Below, in pieces: positions 47,502 through 57,291 of a stretch of 64,000 nt of DNA. The notes under the pieces were generated by a model. It saw nothing but the letters and a program-made list of their open reading frames with translations. It was not told the origin of the DNA and made no database searches. The DNA lies in NCBI GenBank assembly GCA_963806855.1, contig CAWDYW010000003.1, positions 320,001-384,000 on the forward strand. The letters are read 5' to 3'. The translations under genes were made by a program, and so were the position numbers. Position 1 is the stretch's first letter, and each line of letters opens with the position of its first letter. Source of the stretch: an uncultured Verrucomicrobiae bacterium. Its GTDB lineage: Bacteria > Chlamydiota > Chlamydiia > Chlamydiales > Rhabdochlamydiaceae.

Positions 47502-49551
47502 ATGAGCTGTAATATCGATCGAGAAGTGCTTGTGGACCAAGATTTGGCTCAATTAGCAGCCGATCTAAAAATTTCCATTTCCAACAAAAAAAAAGTTGAA
47601 GTGCTCGAAAAATTTATTTCGGAGAGGGGGATTAAATACTCGGAAAAACCCGATTTTTCTGAGCAGGAGAAGGTCATTCTCTATTCGATCTTAGCCCTCG
47701 GTCAAGGACATGTTCTGAGTGGAATTGACCAAGACGAACTTGATGAGCTCACTGCCTCTCTATATCCTGTGGAACAGTTTTACCAAGACATAGGGGGGCT
47801 CGTCGGTTATCATTTTACTTGTCTTGCTCTTTTGGCAAAAAAAGGGAGCGAAGAGCAACGTTGTCATCCACCCAATCCTATTGATATCTCTTGTGAAAGC
47901 CCTTTGACTCGTCAATCTCTCCTCTCGGCTTTAGAGCATCTTGATGAAATGGCCGAGATCTATCCGCTTGGAGGGGCTGCTGATCGGCTCTCTCTTAGAA
48001 AAGAAGAGGCCGGAATTTTCCAAATTGCTGCGACCTTAGAGTTTTGTGAGAAGACTCTTCTAGAGCGTTTAATCGAAGATTTGCAGGCGCGCGAATATCT
48101 CCATTATAAGATATTCGGAAGGCAGATTACAGTGCCGATTGTTCTAATGACCTCTGAAGAAAAAAGGGGGAACAACCCAGGTAAACAAGAACTTCAAAGA
48201 AAAAAACTGGTTTGGAAGGCGGCGCGAAGACATATTCCTTTTCTCTCAGCCGCTAGTCCCCACGATGGATAAAGAGGGGCAGTGGAGCCTGATCGGTAAA
48301 GGGAAGCTTCTTCTCAAACCTGGTGGGCATGGGGTCATTTGGAAATTAGCGAAGGACTCGGGAGCATTTGATTGGCTAAACAAAAGGGGCAAGACAAAAG
48401 CCTTGATGCGCCAAATCAACAATCTCGTTGCGAGTGTCGATTATGGCCTTTTGGCGTTCTTGGGAATTGGATTTGATCAGGGCAAAGATTTTGGTTTTGC
48501 CGCCTGCCCATGCACTAAAGGGGTGAGCGAAGGGGTCAATGTGATCGTCGAGTCAGAAAAAGGGCTTTGCCTGACCAATATTGAGTATTGTGAAGGGGTA
48601 GAGAATCTCCCATCCACACTGGCCAATACCAACCTCCTCTTCGTCTCGATTGAGACGATTGAGCAGCTACTTCAGAGCTGTCCTTTTCCGGGGATGCTCG
48701 TCAACGCGAAAAAAATGAAGTACCGTGATGCGAGTGGACTCATCGAAGAGAAAGAGGTGGTCCGGCTCGAATCGACCATGCAAAACATTGCCGATGCACT
48801 CATTGAGCCTTCTGAGATCACACGCAGCTATATTACACTGAATAAACGGAAAAAAACGATTTCAACCATCAAGAAAGAGTTCGCATTCGGATCCTCCATG
48901 CTCCAAACGCCTGAGCAATGTTATCTCGATCTACTCGAAAATGGGCGCGACCTGCTGGTTAACTATTGCCATTTCCAAGTTCCTACCCTCAATGATTCGA
49001 TGAGCTTTTTCCAAAATGGCCCCTCTTTCATCTTCCTCTATCACCCTGCCCTCGGACCACTCTACCAAGTTATTCAGCAGAAGGTCAAAAAGGGGCGACT
49101 AGCTTTGGGCAGTGAGCTGAAACTGCAGATCGCCGATCTCGATGTTGAGAATCTCGATGTCGATGGAAGTTTAGAGATCGTCACCGATTCGATCATGGGC
49201 CATCACGATGAAGATGGGGTCATCCACTATAGCAATCAAACTGGTAAGTGCACTCTGAAAAATGTCAGGGTGCGCAATTCGGGCATCAACCGCGAAGCAT
49301 CCCGCTCATTTTGGAAAGATGAAGTTGTCCATAAAGAAAAGTGTGAGATCTTCATTGAACAGGGTGGAGAATTCTATGCAGAGAACGTCTACTTCCGCGG
49401 CGAGATTCGCATCCGGGTTCCAAGCGGGGTGAAACTCACAGCCTTTATGAACAACGGCAGAGTCGAATTTGTAGAAGAGCTCCTCCAGCAACCTACCTGG
49501 TGCTGGAAATATCGGGTGAATGATCAGGGCGAGATCGTGCTCAATAGATAG
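47502..49551 (+). CDS. UTP-glucose-1-phosphate uridylyltransferase (UGP3-like), split by a one-base frameshift at about 48160
   Basis: PLGGAADRL, KPGGHGVIWKL, RQINN, NIEY and RLESTMQNIAD; removing one A from the A6 run joins the two ORFs (EEKGGTTQV...KNWFG). Confidence 0.8.
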
Positions 49552-49555
49552 GCCA

Positions 49556-49650
49556 TTTTCAACGCAAGGACGCAAAGGCGCCAAGGCGCAAAAAAAAATG
49601 AAATTAATTTTTTCTTGCGTCTTGGCGCCTTCGCGTCTTTGCGTTGAAAT
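49556..49650. repeat. About 95-bp palindrome built from CGCAAAG(G/A) units (family F, copy 1)
   Basis: TTTCAACGCAAGGACGCAAAGGCGCCAAGGCGCAA...TTGCGTCTTGGCGCCTTCGCGTCTTTGCGTTGAAA. Confidence 0.85.
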
Positions 49651-49657
49651 TGCTAAA

Positions 49658-49686
49658 TAAAAAGAGCGGATGAGAGTCCCATCCGC
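49658..49686 (-). terminator. Intrinsic terminator
   Basis: GCGGATG/CATCCGC stem followed by TCTTTTT on the minus strand. Confidence 0.55.
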
Positions 49687-49703
49687 CTAAGTAACTTCAA
49701 TAA

Positions 49704-50090
49704 CTATACTTTCTTTGCTTCAGGCTGAGCAGGTGTTGGAGCAGTAATCTTTACTTCCACTTTCTTAGCTTCTGTGCTGCAGAAGAGGTAAGAACCTAGA
49801 ATTGTGAAGAGCGCTACAGCTGGAACTGCAACTGCAAGAGTAATTGCTACAGGTTGATTTGCAGCGATTAGATCTTTCAATTTTACAGCTTGCTCACGGA
49901 CAAAATGAATAAGAGAAGCAAATACAGGCTTAACAGCCTCAACGATTCTCTCAACGATTGTTTTGAGCGAACTTACGAGCCATGTGACTTGTCTTCCAAG
50001 CCAATTAGCAACGTCGATGACTCCGCTTTTAACTTGATCAAATGCACTTGTTGTAGCATCTGCGACTGGGTGTGTGATTGCAGCTGACAT
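49704..50090 (-). CDS. Hypothetical membrane protein
   Basis: AGGAGGT RBS; amphipathic helices followed by one long hydrophobic segment. Confidence 0.7.
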   Translation of the reverse strand: MSAAITHPVADATTSAFDQVKSGVIDVANWLGRQVTWLVSSLKTIVERIVEAVKPVFASLIHFVREQAVKLKDLIAANQPVAITLAVAVPAVALFTILGSYLFCSTEAKKVEVKITAPTPAQPEAKKV

Positions 50091-50292
50091 TAGTTACCTC
50101 CTAAGGAACGGTTTTATAGTGTGTGTAAGAAGGGTGAAATTTTTCCCTCTTTTCAAAATCACAGCAATTATATCGAACACTGGATTAATGTAAAGGGATC
50201 GTTAACCGTTTGTCAAATTTTCTTTGGCTTCGGAGGAAGTGCATCCCGCCTCGCAATTGACAATTTTTCCCACGGCAGCTATCCTTACATAT

Positions 50293-51388
50293 ATGAACGA
50301 CCATCTTACAGATCAGTTAAAAAGTATCGACAATCGCCTCCTTCATATGTGGAGGTATCTTTGACGTCGCTGAGAAGGAAAAACAAGTCAATCTTTTAGA
50401 AGCGCGGATGCAGGAGTCCGATTTTTGGAACGACCCTGCAAAAGCCCAAAAGGTTATCGACCAATCGAACCAGCTGAAAGGCTGGACTATCCCATATAAA
50501 GATATCAAAGAGCGATTTGAAAACGTCAAATCCCTTTTGCCCGAAGTCGATGAGAGCAGCGATGCCGAATTTTATAACGAATTATTAAATGAGCTGAAGA
50601 CCATCGAGGCGAAAATCGAAGAGCTGGAAGTCAAACGGATGCTCTCCGGCGAGCTCGATCCTAAAAATTGTTATTTGAGCATCAACGCTGGCGCCGGCGG
50701 GACCGAAGCCTGCGATTGGGCGCAGATGCTTTCCCGTATGTACGAACGGTGGTGTAATAAGAGGGGATGGAAGGTCGAGTCGATCGATTCTGTCGAAGGG
50801 GATGTGGCCGGAATCAAGAGCGTCACCTTTCGGATTTCAGGCCCTTTTGCCTATGGGTATTGTAAAGCCGAAAAAGGGGTCCATCGTCTTGTTCGCATCT
50901 CTCCATTCGACGCTAATGCCAAGCGGCATACCAGTTTCGCCTCTGTCGATGTGACCCCCGAGCTTGAGGACGATATCAAAATTGAGATTCGCCCCGATCA
51001 CATTCGGGTCGACACTTTCCGCTCTTCAGGCGCAGGTGGTCAGCACGTCAACACGACCGATTCAGCTGTCCGGATCACCCACATTCCGACCGGCATTGTC
51101 GTCTCTTGCCAGAACGAAAGGAGTCAAATTCAGAATCGGGAGACCTGCATGAAGCTCCTTCGTTCGAAGCTCTATGAAAAAGAGTGCCTTGAGCGGGAGA
51201 GCAAGATCAAAGAAATCGGCGGTCAAAAGATGGAAATTGCTTGGGGAAGCCAAATACGCAACTATGTATTCCAACCTTATACTCTTGTCAAAGATACTCG
51301 AACTAAGTATGAAGTGGGAAATGTAGAGGCAGTAATGGACGGGGATCTTGACGGATTTGTCCATGCCTTCCTTAAGGAATTTAGTTAA
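50293..51388 (+). CDS. prfB: Peptide chain release factor 2 with programmed +1 frameshift
   Basis: ATG at 50293; internal SD GGAGG then CTT-TGA-C at 50359-50365; SPF and GGQ motifs. Confidence 0.97.
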
Positions 51389-51885
51389 TGGATATAACAA
51401 GTTCTCCCGATTTTGATATCCGCTTTTCGACGCTCGATGATTTGCCTTCCTTAAAAAAATGGCTTAAAGCAGAGCTCCACTGGTATCCACCCTCAGATGA
51501 TGAGGAACTCGAGAATTTCGCCGGCATCTGGTTAAGCTTTGCCAAATACAACGCCTCCCTCACCGCAGTTTTCAAAAACAGACCCATCGGGATCGGCACC
51601 CTATTCTTGATGCCCTATCGGAAAGTGGCCCACCAGTGCATGTTCCAATTGATCGTCGACCCCGAGAATCAGCGAAAAGGGGTCGGACAAGCGCTTGTCA
51701 AGAACCTCAAACACCTTGCAAAAAATCGGTTTCGGCTCGATCTGATGCATGTGGAGATCCTCGATGAAAGTCCGCTGATCCAGCTCCTCAAAGTTCAAGG
51801 ATTCACCGAGTTTGCCAGACAAGAGAAGTATGTCAAAGAAAATGGGGTCTATTTTCCCAGGATTTTGATGGAGGTCGATCTATGA
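51388..51885 (+). CDS. GNAT N-acetyltransferase
   Basis: YRKVAHQC and QRKGVGQAL; paralog of the next gene. Confidence 0.85.
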   Translation: MDITSSPDFDIRFSTLDDLPSLKKWLKAELHWYPPSDDEELENFAGIWLSFAKYNASLTAVFKNRPIGIGTLFLMPYRKVAHQCMFQLIVDPENQRKGVGQALVKNLKHLAKNRFRLDLMHVEILDESPLIQLLKVQGFTEFARQEKYVKENGVYFPRILMEVDL

Positions 51886-52367
51886 ATCTCTCTATCCGAC
51901 TCAGCATTCCAGAGGATGTGGAATTGTTCAAAAGAAGTTTGCAGGCTCCCGATGTGCTCCGCTATTTCCCTATGTACGATATACGAGAGATTGAAGATTC
52001 GGCCCGCATTTGGGAAATCTACTGCAAGAAAGGAGCCAGTCTAACCGCTGTCGTCGATGGGGTCGATTGCGGGATTGCCTTTCTTAACCTTCAGGTCTAT
52101 AAAAAATTTACCCACCAATGCTTGATCACGATCATCGTCGACGAGGGATACCGGAATCAAGGAGTGGGGACAGCGCTCCTCCAAGAGCTATTTAAACTAG
52201 CTAAGGAAACCTTTCATCTCGAGATGCTCCATTTGGAGGTCTATGCGACGAATCCCGCCATCAATCTCTACAAGCGGATGGGCTTCAAAGAATTTGGCGT
52301 CCAAGAGAAGTTCATTAAAGAGAAAGGCAAGTACATAGGAAAAACTTTAATGGAACGGTACCTTTAG
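51882..52367 (+). CDS. GNAT N-acetyltransferase
   Basis: YRNQGVGTAL and HLEVYATNPAINLYKRMGF. Confidence 0.88.
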   Translation: MNLSIRLSIPEDVELFKRSLQAPDVLRYFPMYDIREIEDSARIWEIYCKKGASLTAVVDGVDCGIAFLNLQVYKKFTHQCLITIIVDEGYRNQGVGTALLQELFKLAKETFHLEMLHLEVYATNPAINLYKRMGFKEFGVQEKFIKEKGKYIGKTLMERYL

Positions 52368-52544
52368 AGCCAGTTGCAAAACTCCAGCCCATGGAAAAAA
52401 CGATGATTTTGAGTCAGTTTGCCAGTCGCGAAGTGCCAGCCTGCCCCCGAGCACATACTCAAGTAGAGTAGGGCTCGGGGGCGGGGTGGCAAAATGGCTC
52501 AAAAGGGCGTTTTTGCCATGCGCTGGAGTTTTGCAACTGGCTCT
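52366..52544. repeat. 179-bp palindromic element with family-C-like termini (family D)
   Basis: AGAGCCAGTTGCAAAACTCCAGC...GCTGGAGTTTTGCAACTGGCTCT. Confidence 0.85.
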
Positions 52545-52580
52545 TTAAATTTTATCGGAGGTTTGGTACCATTTTGGGCT

Positions 52581-53300
52581 ATGGCTGGACATAGTAAATG
52601 GGCAAATACTAAACATCGAAAGGGGCGAGCAGATGCCGTAAAGGGCAAAATCTTTACCCGTATCACAAAAGAAATCATCAGTGCAGTAAAGCAGGGTGGG
52701 CCTGATCCAAAATCTAATCCCAAGTTGAGATTGGTGATGGACAAGGCGCGCGCGGCCAACATGCCGAATGATAACGTCGAGCGCAATATCAAAAAAGCGA
52801 GCAGCGCCGATCAGTCCGATTATTATGAAATGACCTATGAATTCTATGGACATAACGGGGTCGGAATTATTGCCGAACTCATGACCGATAACAAAAATCG
52901 GGCCGCCTCCGATATGCGCATCGCGACGAATAAAAAGGGTGGCAATATCGCTACTCCAGGTTCGGTTGCCTTTAATTTTGATCGGAAGGGCGTGATCCAG
53001 GTGGCCAAAGAGGGAATGGCGGAAGACGATCTATTCCTGATGGCGACCGATGCAGGAGCTGAAGATTTTGTGGTTGCGGATGATCGCTATATCATCACGA
53101 CGACACCAGAATCCTTATTTGAGGTGAAGGGAAAGCTCGAAGCAGCAGGGGTCAAGTGCCAAGAGGCCGAGTTCGAAATGATCCCCAAAAGCTATGTCAC
53201 TTGCCCGCCAGAAGCTGCAAAAGCCAATATGGAGCTCATCGAATGGCTTGAAAATCTCGATGATGTCGACACTGTCTATCATAACATGACAGAGGGTTAG
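52581..53300 (+). CDS. YebC/PmpR family protein
   Basis: MAGHSKWANTKHRK, TDNKNR and DDVDTVYHN; the ORF's upstream extension lies in repeat D. Confidence 0.95.
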   Translation: MAGHSKWANTKHRKGRADAVKGKIFTRITKEIISAVKQGGPDPKSNPKLRLVMDKARAANMPNDNVERNIKKASSADQSDYYEMTYEFYGHNGVGIIAELMTDNKNRAASDMRIATNKKGGNIATPGSVAFNFDRKGVIQVAKEGMAEDDLFLMATDAGAEDFVVADDRYIITTTPESLFEVKGKLEAAGVKCQEAEFEMIPKSYVTCPPEAAKANMELIEWLENLDDVDTVYHNMTEG

Positions 53301-53303
53301 CAG

Positions 53304-54908
53304 ATGCCAATCTCTCTCCTAGGGTCTTCTCCACCTTCGTTTGACAAGTTTGTGTTGGCTGCTCATAAAGCTAAGTCTGAAGATGATCTAATGGTTCAAG
53401 AGGGTGTCGTCTCTTGTGTATCGAAGAGCTGTCAACTCAGTGAATCAACCAATAATAAAACATGGAAGGCATTCAGAAAGGCGGTTGAAAGTACTTTTAC
53501 AAGAGAGAAAATCAATTGGATTTGCAAGCGGTATAATTTTAACTGGAAGACGGCCTCAACGGATCGTCTGAAGAGGCGCCACGTAGAGTACTTTGGCGTC
53601 GGGGCTTCTTCTGTGCGGCTAACCGATCTCAAGAGCGCTCAATCGGTGTGGAAGAGTGTCTGGAGGTTCTTTACAGGCTTCGGGAGCACTTCTGTTGATG
53701 GGGTGAGAAAACTCTATGATCGCGTCACTGAACATAGTTTTCTTGTTGATAAACATGATCCTCGCAAACTCTCTGGTGCACCACGCGAATTTCATGAGAA
53801 TTTTGCAACCGACCAATTCAACATCGACCAGCAGCGAAGCAATCTTTATCTCGGAGTGGGGGAATTATTATCGAAGGATCCCAAAATTCCTCGTCTCCAC
53901 CGCTATTATTCTCGGTTATCGATGACAATCACCTGCTTGCTTGAGGATCCCTCGAAGGTGAATCAGGAGTTTATCATCCCGGCACCGGGGGTGAGAGATG
54001 GTGAGATCGATTTTTATCGAACCCACAAGATTATTTCAAAAGGGGGGCTCACCGCAGTTGCTTGGGTACCCGTCTCCGATTCTTCCTATCTTCAGCCCAT
54101 TATCTCCTTCCGCTGCACCAAGCAGGCTCCCTCGCAAAGTGGTTTTTTTGACTCGATCCTCAATAATGGTGAGAGGCAAATTGGGAAATCGGGCTATGAA
54201 GCTTGTAAAGAGGAGTTGCTCGCACTTTTTGACGATAAGAACTTTACTCGAGGAAAAAAGGTGAAGATCCTTGCCTATAGTCAGGGGGGAAGTCACGCTG
54301 GCTATTTACTGAAAGATGCCATTCCTAAGTATTGGAGAATCATCGATGAGTTTATCGGGTTTAATTTCGTAGGTAATGATGATCCACGGGCAAATGATCA
54401 AACTGCTGAAGATAATCGGGTAATCGAGGGGATCGCTGAGCAGATTAACGCCCTTTCACCCCATGAAATCCCCCCTTCCTTTACAGTCCACAGGAATATT
54501 GGGGATTGGGTCAATGGCTCTGGAAAACGGCATATCGGCTGGGGAATTAATCATCCAAACAGCGTCGTCCGGGTATTCGAATGGGAGATAGATGACTTCC
54601 AAATGCCGACAAAGAACCCAAGAGATCCGACCCAATTTAACCCCTGGCACTATATTCATGGTGCCCGGCCGATGGATTGTGTAAGAGACTCCAACAACCC
54701 TTACGAATACAATCTCTATCAGGGACCCACGCAATGTGATCCGGTCCTTGACACTTATAAACGGGACCCTACCTTAGAGGATATCCGGCAAGAGTTTGGC
54801 CATGAAGTGCTCTATCAGGCAGTGAGCATGGCCTATGAGATTGGCTCTTTCCTCGTGCGGATTTTCGGTATCCAATTCCTCAGGAAGTATTTCGAAGAAA
54901 AACCCTAG
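53304..54908 (+). CDS. Hypothetical protein with a lipase-like alpha/beta hydrolase domain
   Basis: PIISFRCT, nucleophile elbow KILAYSQGG, and GDWV; no Sec signal peptide. Confidence 0.6.
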   Translation: MPISLLGSSPPSFDKFVLAAHKAKSEDDLMVQEGVVSCVSKSCQLSESTNNKTWKAFRKAVESTFTREKINWICKRYNFNWKTASTDRLKRRHVEYFGVGASSVRLTDLKSAQSVWKSVWRFFTGFGSTSVDGVRKLYDRVTEHSFLVDKHDPRKLSGAPREFHENFATDQFNIDQQRSNLYLGVGELLSKDPKIPRLHRYYSRLSMTITCLLEDPSKVNQEFIIPAPGVRDGEIDFYRTHKIISKGGLTAVAWVPVSDSSYLQPIISFRCTKQAPSQSGFFDSILNNGERQIGKSGYEACKEELLALFDDKNFTRGKKVKILAYSQGGSHAGYLLKDAIPKYWRIIDEFIGFNFVGNDDPRANDQTAEDNRVIEGIAEQINALSPHEIPPSFTVHRNIGDWVNGSGKRHIGWGINHPNSVVRVFEWEIDDFQMPTKNPRDPTQFNPWHYIHGARPMDCVRDSNNPYEYNLYQGPTQCDPVLDTYKRDPTLEDIRQEFGHEVLYQAVSMAYEIGSFLVRIFGIQFLRKYFEEKP

Positions 54909-54920
54909 GCAGGCTATATA

Positions 54921-55009
54921 AACGCAAAGACGCGGAGGCGCAAAGAACGCAAAGAAGAAAAATATTTTTTGTTTTTTTTGCGTCTTTGCGCTCTTCGCGT
55001 CTTTGCGTT
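54921..55009. repeat. Family F palindrome, copy 2
   Basis: AACGCAAAGACGCGGAGGCGCAAAGAACGCAAA...TTTGCGTCTTTGCGCTCTTCGCGTCTTTGCGTT. Confidence 0.85.
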
Positions 55010-55026
55010 GAGACAGTCTTTAATAC

Positions 55027-55689
55027 CTATTCTTTCGCCAATTTTCTAATCAAAATCGGAAGGAGCGAGAAGATGCTTAAGCAAAGCAAAATGAGCTGAA
55101 TATCGGCATCGACAGTGAGTCCATCTGCCGATTCAAAGACGGTATTAAATCCTTTGCCGCCTTGGGTAAAAATGAGCACTCGAGGCAGCATTCCTACGAC
55201 ACTTGTCCAGAGATAGGTACGTAAGCTCACGTTGAAGAACCCCGGCAGTGAATTACTGACCCAAAGCGGAATGAAAGGGCATAAACGCAAAAAAAGCAGA
55301 TAGCTGATGATATTCTGCTCGAGATGGGGCTCGATTTTGCGAAACCAAGATTTTTCGCCGACGGCGATCTTAATACTTAAAAACAGCAAAGAAGCCCCGA
55401 TAAGCGTTCCAGCAAGAAAGTAGAGGGTGCAGCCAGGTTGAGTGAAAAGAAAGCCCGCAAGGAAGTTTAACATCAATCCTCCAGGCATCGAAAGGATCGT
55501 CGTGCCGGCGCAGTATCCGATAAACATCAGCGGCGTCATGAGTGGGCTATTGTTGACAAATTCGATCATTTCCACGTGCAGATAGCGGAGGGTCTCGAAG
55601 TCAACCGCCCGATAGAACCCCATGAGGTAGGTGGTGAGCATCAGCAACCCGATCAGGGTAATGGGAATAAAGCGATAGACGAGTTTCAT
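55027..55689 (-). CDS. TVP38/TMEM64 (DedA/VTT) membrane protein
   Basis: LAGFLF and YLLFLRLCPFIP. Confidence 0.85.
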   Translation of the reverse strand: MKLVYRFIPITLIGLLMLTTYLMGFYRAVDFETLRYLHVEMIEFVNNSPLMTPLMFIGYCAGTTILSMPGGLMLNFLAGFLFTQPGCTLYFLAGTLIGASLLFLSIKIAVGEKSWFRKIEPHLEQNIISYLLFLRLCPFIPLWVSNSLPGFFNVSLRTYLWTSVVGMLPRVLIFTQGGKGFNTVFESADGLTVDADIQLILLCLSIFSLLPILIRKLAKE

Positions 55690-56375
55690 TTTTTCCTCGT
55701 TCGCAGATTTTGATAAACGATGGGACACAAAGCTAAAAGTCCGAGAATCAATAAGGCAAACTTAATTTCGGGAGTAAAAATATCAGCCAGGGTCAAAAAT
55801 TGATTTTTTGCAAAGAGAACGGAGAGGCTATGCCCTGCGTCGGCAAGGATCACTGTCAGCGGAATGACTCCAACTAGGCAAGTCCAGATGAAGGTCCGAT
55901 AGGTGATATTAAAATAGGCGGCGCAAACATTGGTCAGCCAAAAGGGAAGGACATGAGAAAAGCGCAAGAAGAGCATATAGCTGATCTCATGTCGATGAAA
56001 TTTTTGTCGCATCTTTTTAAAGAAGGGCCTTTCAGTTCGAACATCTTTGAATACGCTGCGCATAATGGCAAAGAAAGCTATTCCTCCTATCGTTTCAGCT
56101 AAGATGATATAGACGATGGCCAGTGGCAATGGGAAGAGAAGTCCGCCGACAAGCGAGAGGATAGTGGAATCGGGGATAACTAGACAGACGGAGACAGTAT
56201 AGAAGAGGATGAAGATGAGTGGGGAGAGAATGGGGTGGGCATGGACAAAGACAAGCAGTTTATGTTGATATTCTTTGATGTGGGTGAGGGAGAGATATTG
56301 ATGTAAATTGGTAATATATACAAAGAGAATGAGGATGACGAGGATGACAAAGGGAATGAAATGCTTTCTGTTCAT
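55686..56375 (-). CDS. TVP38/TMEM64 (DedA/VTT) membrane protein
   Basis: LVGGLLF and YMLFLRFSHVLPF; tandem paralog with ATGA coupling. Confidence 0.85.
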   Translation of the reverse strand: MNRKHFIPFVILVILILFVYITNLHQYLSLTHIKEYQHKLLVFVHAHPILSPLIFILFYTVSVCLVIPDSTILSLVGGLLFPLPLAIVYIILAETIGGIAFFAIMRSVFKDVRTERPFFKKMRQKFHRHEISYMLFLRFSHVLPFWLTNVCAAYFNITYRTFIWTCLVGVIPLTVILADAGHSLSVLFAKNQFLTLADIFTPEIKFALLILGLLALCPIVYQNLRTRKK

Positions 56376-56440
56376 TCCCTAGCATATATCATACTTTAAA
56401 ATTAGATCTCTCGAATAACTTAATTTTCGTGCCCGCGCCC

Positions 56441-57242
56441 GCATCCTATTACCCATAAGTTATAGTGCTTTTTTGGTTACTATAGACATGTCGGGTGACA
56501 CAGCACTTCGTGTCCGGTGTCCCCCCGCGACCCCCTAGGTACTCACCTCGCTTCGCCAAATCGCATCCTCGTCGGGAGAGTGGACGGAGTCCTACCCTCC
56601 CACGCCCCACCCTCCAGACTTCACTGAACCCTAACTCTTTGAAGTAAAAATTGGAGTAGTACGGGTTCAATAAAGTCTAGGGGTGTGGTGCTCTCCTGCG
56701 GGTGCGATTTTGCTTTGCGATCTGAGTCCGCGGGCTGCTCACGCGCTCATTCCCCGCCGGGACTCCGTCCTTTTTCGGCAGGTGCCCTTTCGCGTCAGTT
56801 CGCAGAACCATACAAAAAAAGTCTGCCGACTTGTCCTCATTCTGCAAACTGAAAACAGTGTGTTTTTCCTTTTTAAATTGGCTCTGCGAGACGACGCGAA
56901 AGGGCTCCCGCCGAAAGAGGACGGAGTCCCGGCGGGAATGAGCGCTCGAGCAGCCCGCGGACTCAGATCGCAAAGCAAAATCGCACCCGCAGGAGAGCCC
57001 GCACTCTCTGATTTCAATGAACCCATGGATAAGTTTGTTATTAGTTGGGTATGGGTTCATGGAAATCGGGAGAGTGGGGCGTGGGAGGGTAGGACTCCGT
57101 CCACTCTCCCGACGAGGATGCGATTTGGCGAAGCGAGGTGAGTACCTAGGGGGTCGCGGGGGACACCGGACACGAAGTGCTGTGTCACCCGACATGTCTA
57201 TAGTAACCAAAAAAGTACTATAACTTATGGGTAATAGGATGC
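56441..57242. repeat. 802-bp GC-rich non-coding nested inverted repeat
   Basis: Outer arms of about 170 bp are near-perfect; inner arms of about 120 bp; two side hairpins. Confidence 0.92.
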
Positions 57243-57291
57243 GTGCCCGTGCCCGAAATTTACTGTTTCGGGCACGCACACGGTCACAACG

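Noticed and set aside
48155..48175. A_AAA_AAG as a programmed -1 frameshift in the UGP gene
   Set aside because: Restoring the protein needs loss of one base (+1 shift), so a homopolymer indel is the simpler explanation
50351..50365. In-frame stop in prfB as a pseudogene or novelty
   Set aside because: It is the well-known autoregulatory CTT-TGA-C +1 frameshift
56449..57279. Several ORFs of 68-200 aa on both strands
   Set aside because: They lie wholly within the GC-rich inverted repeat, mirror each other and show no protein motif
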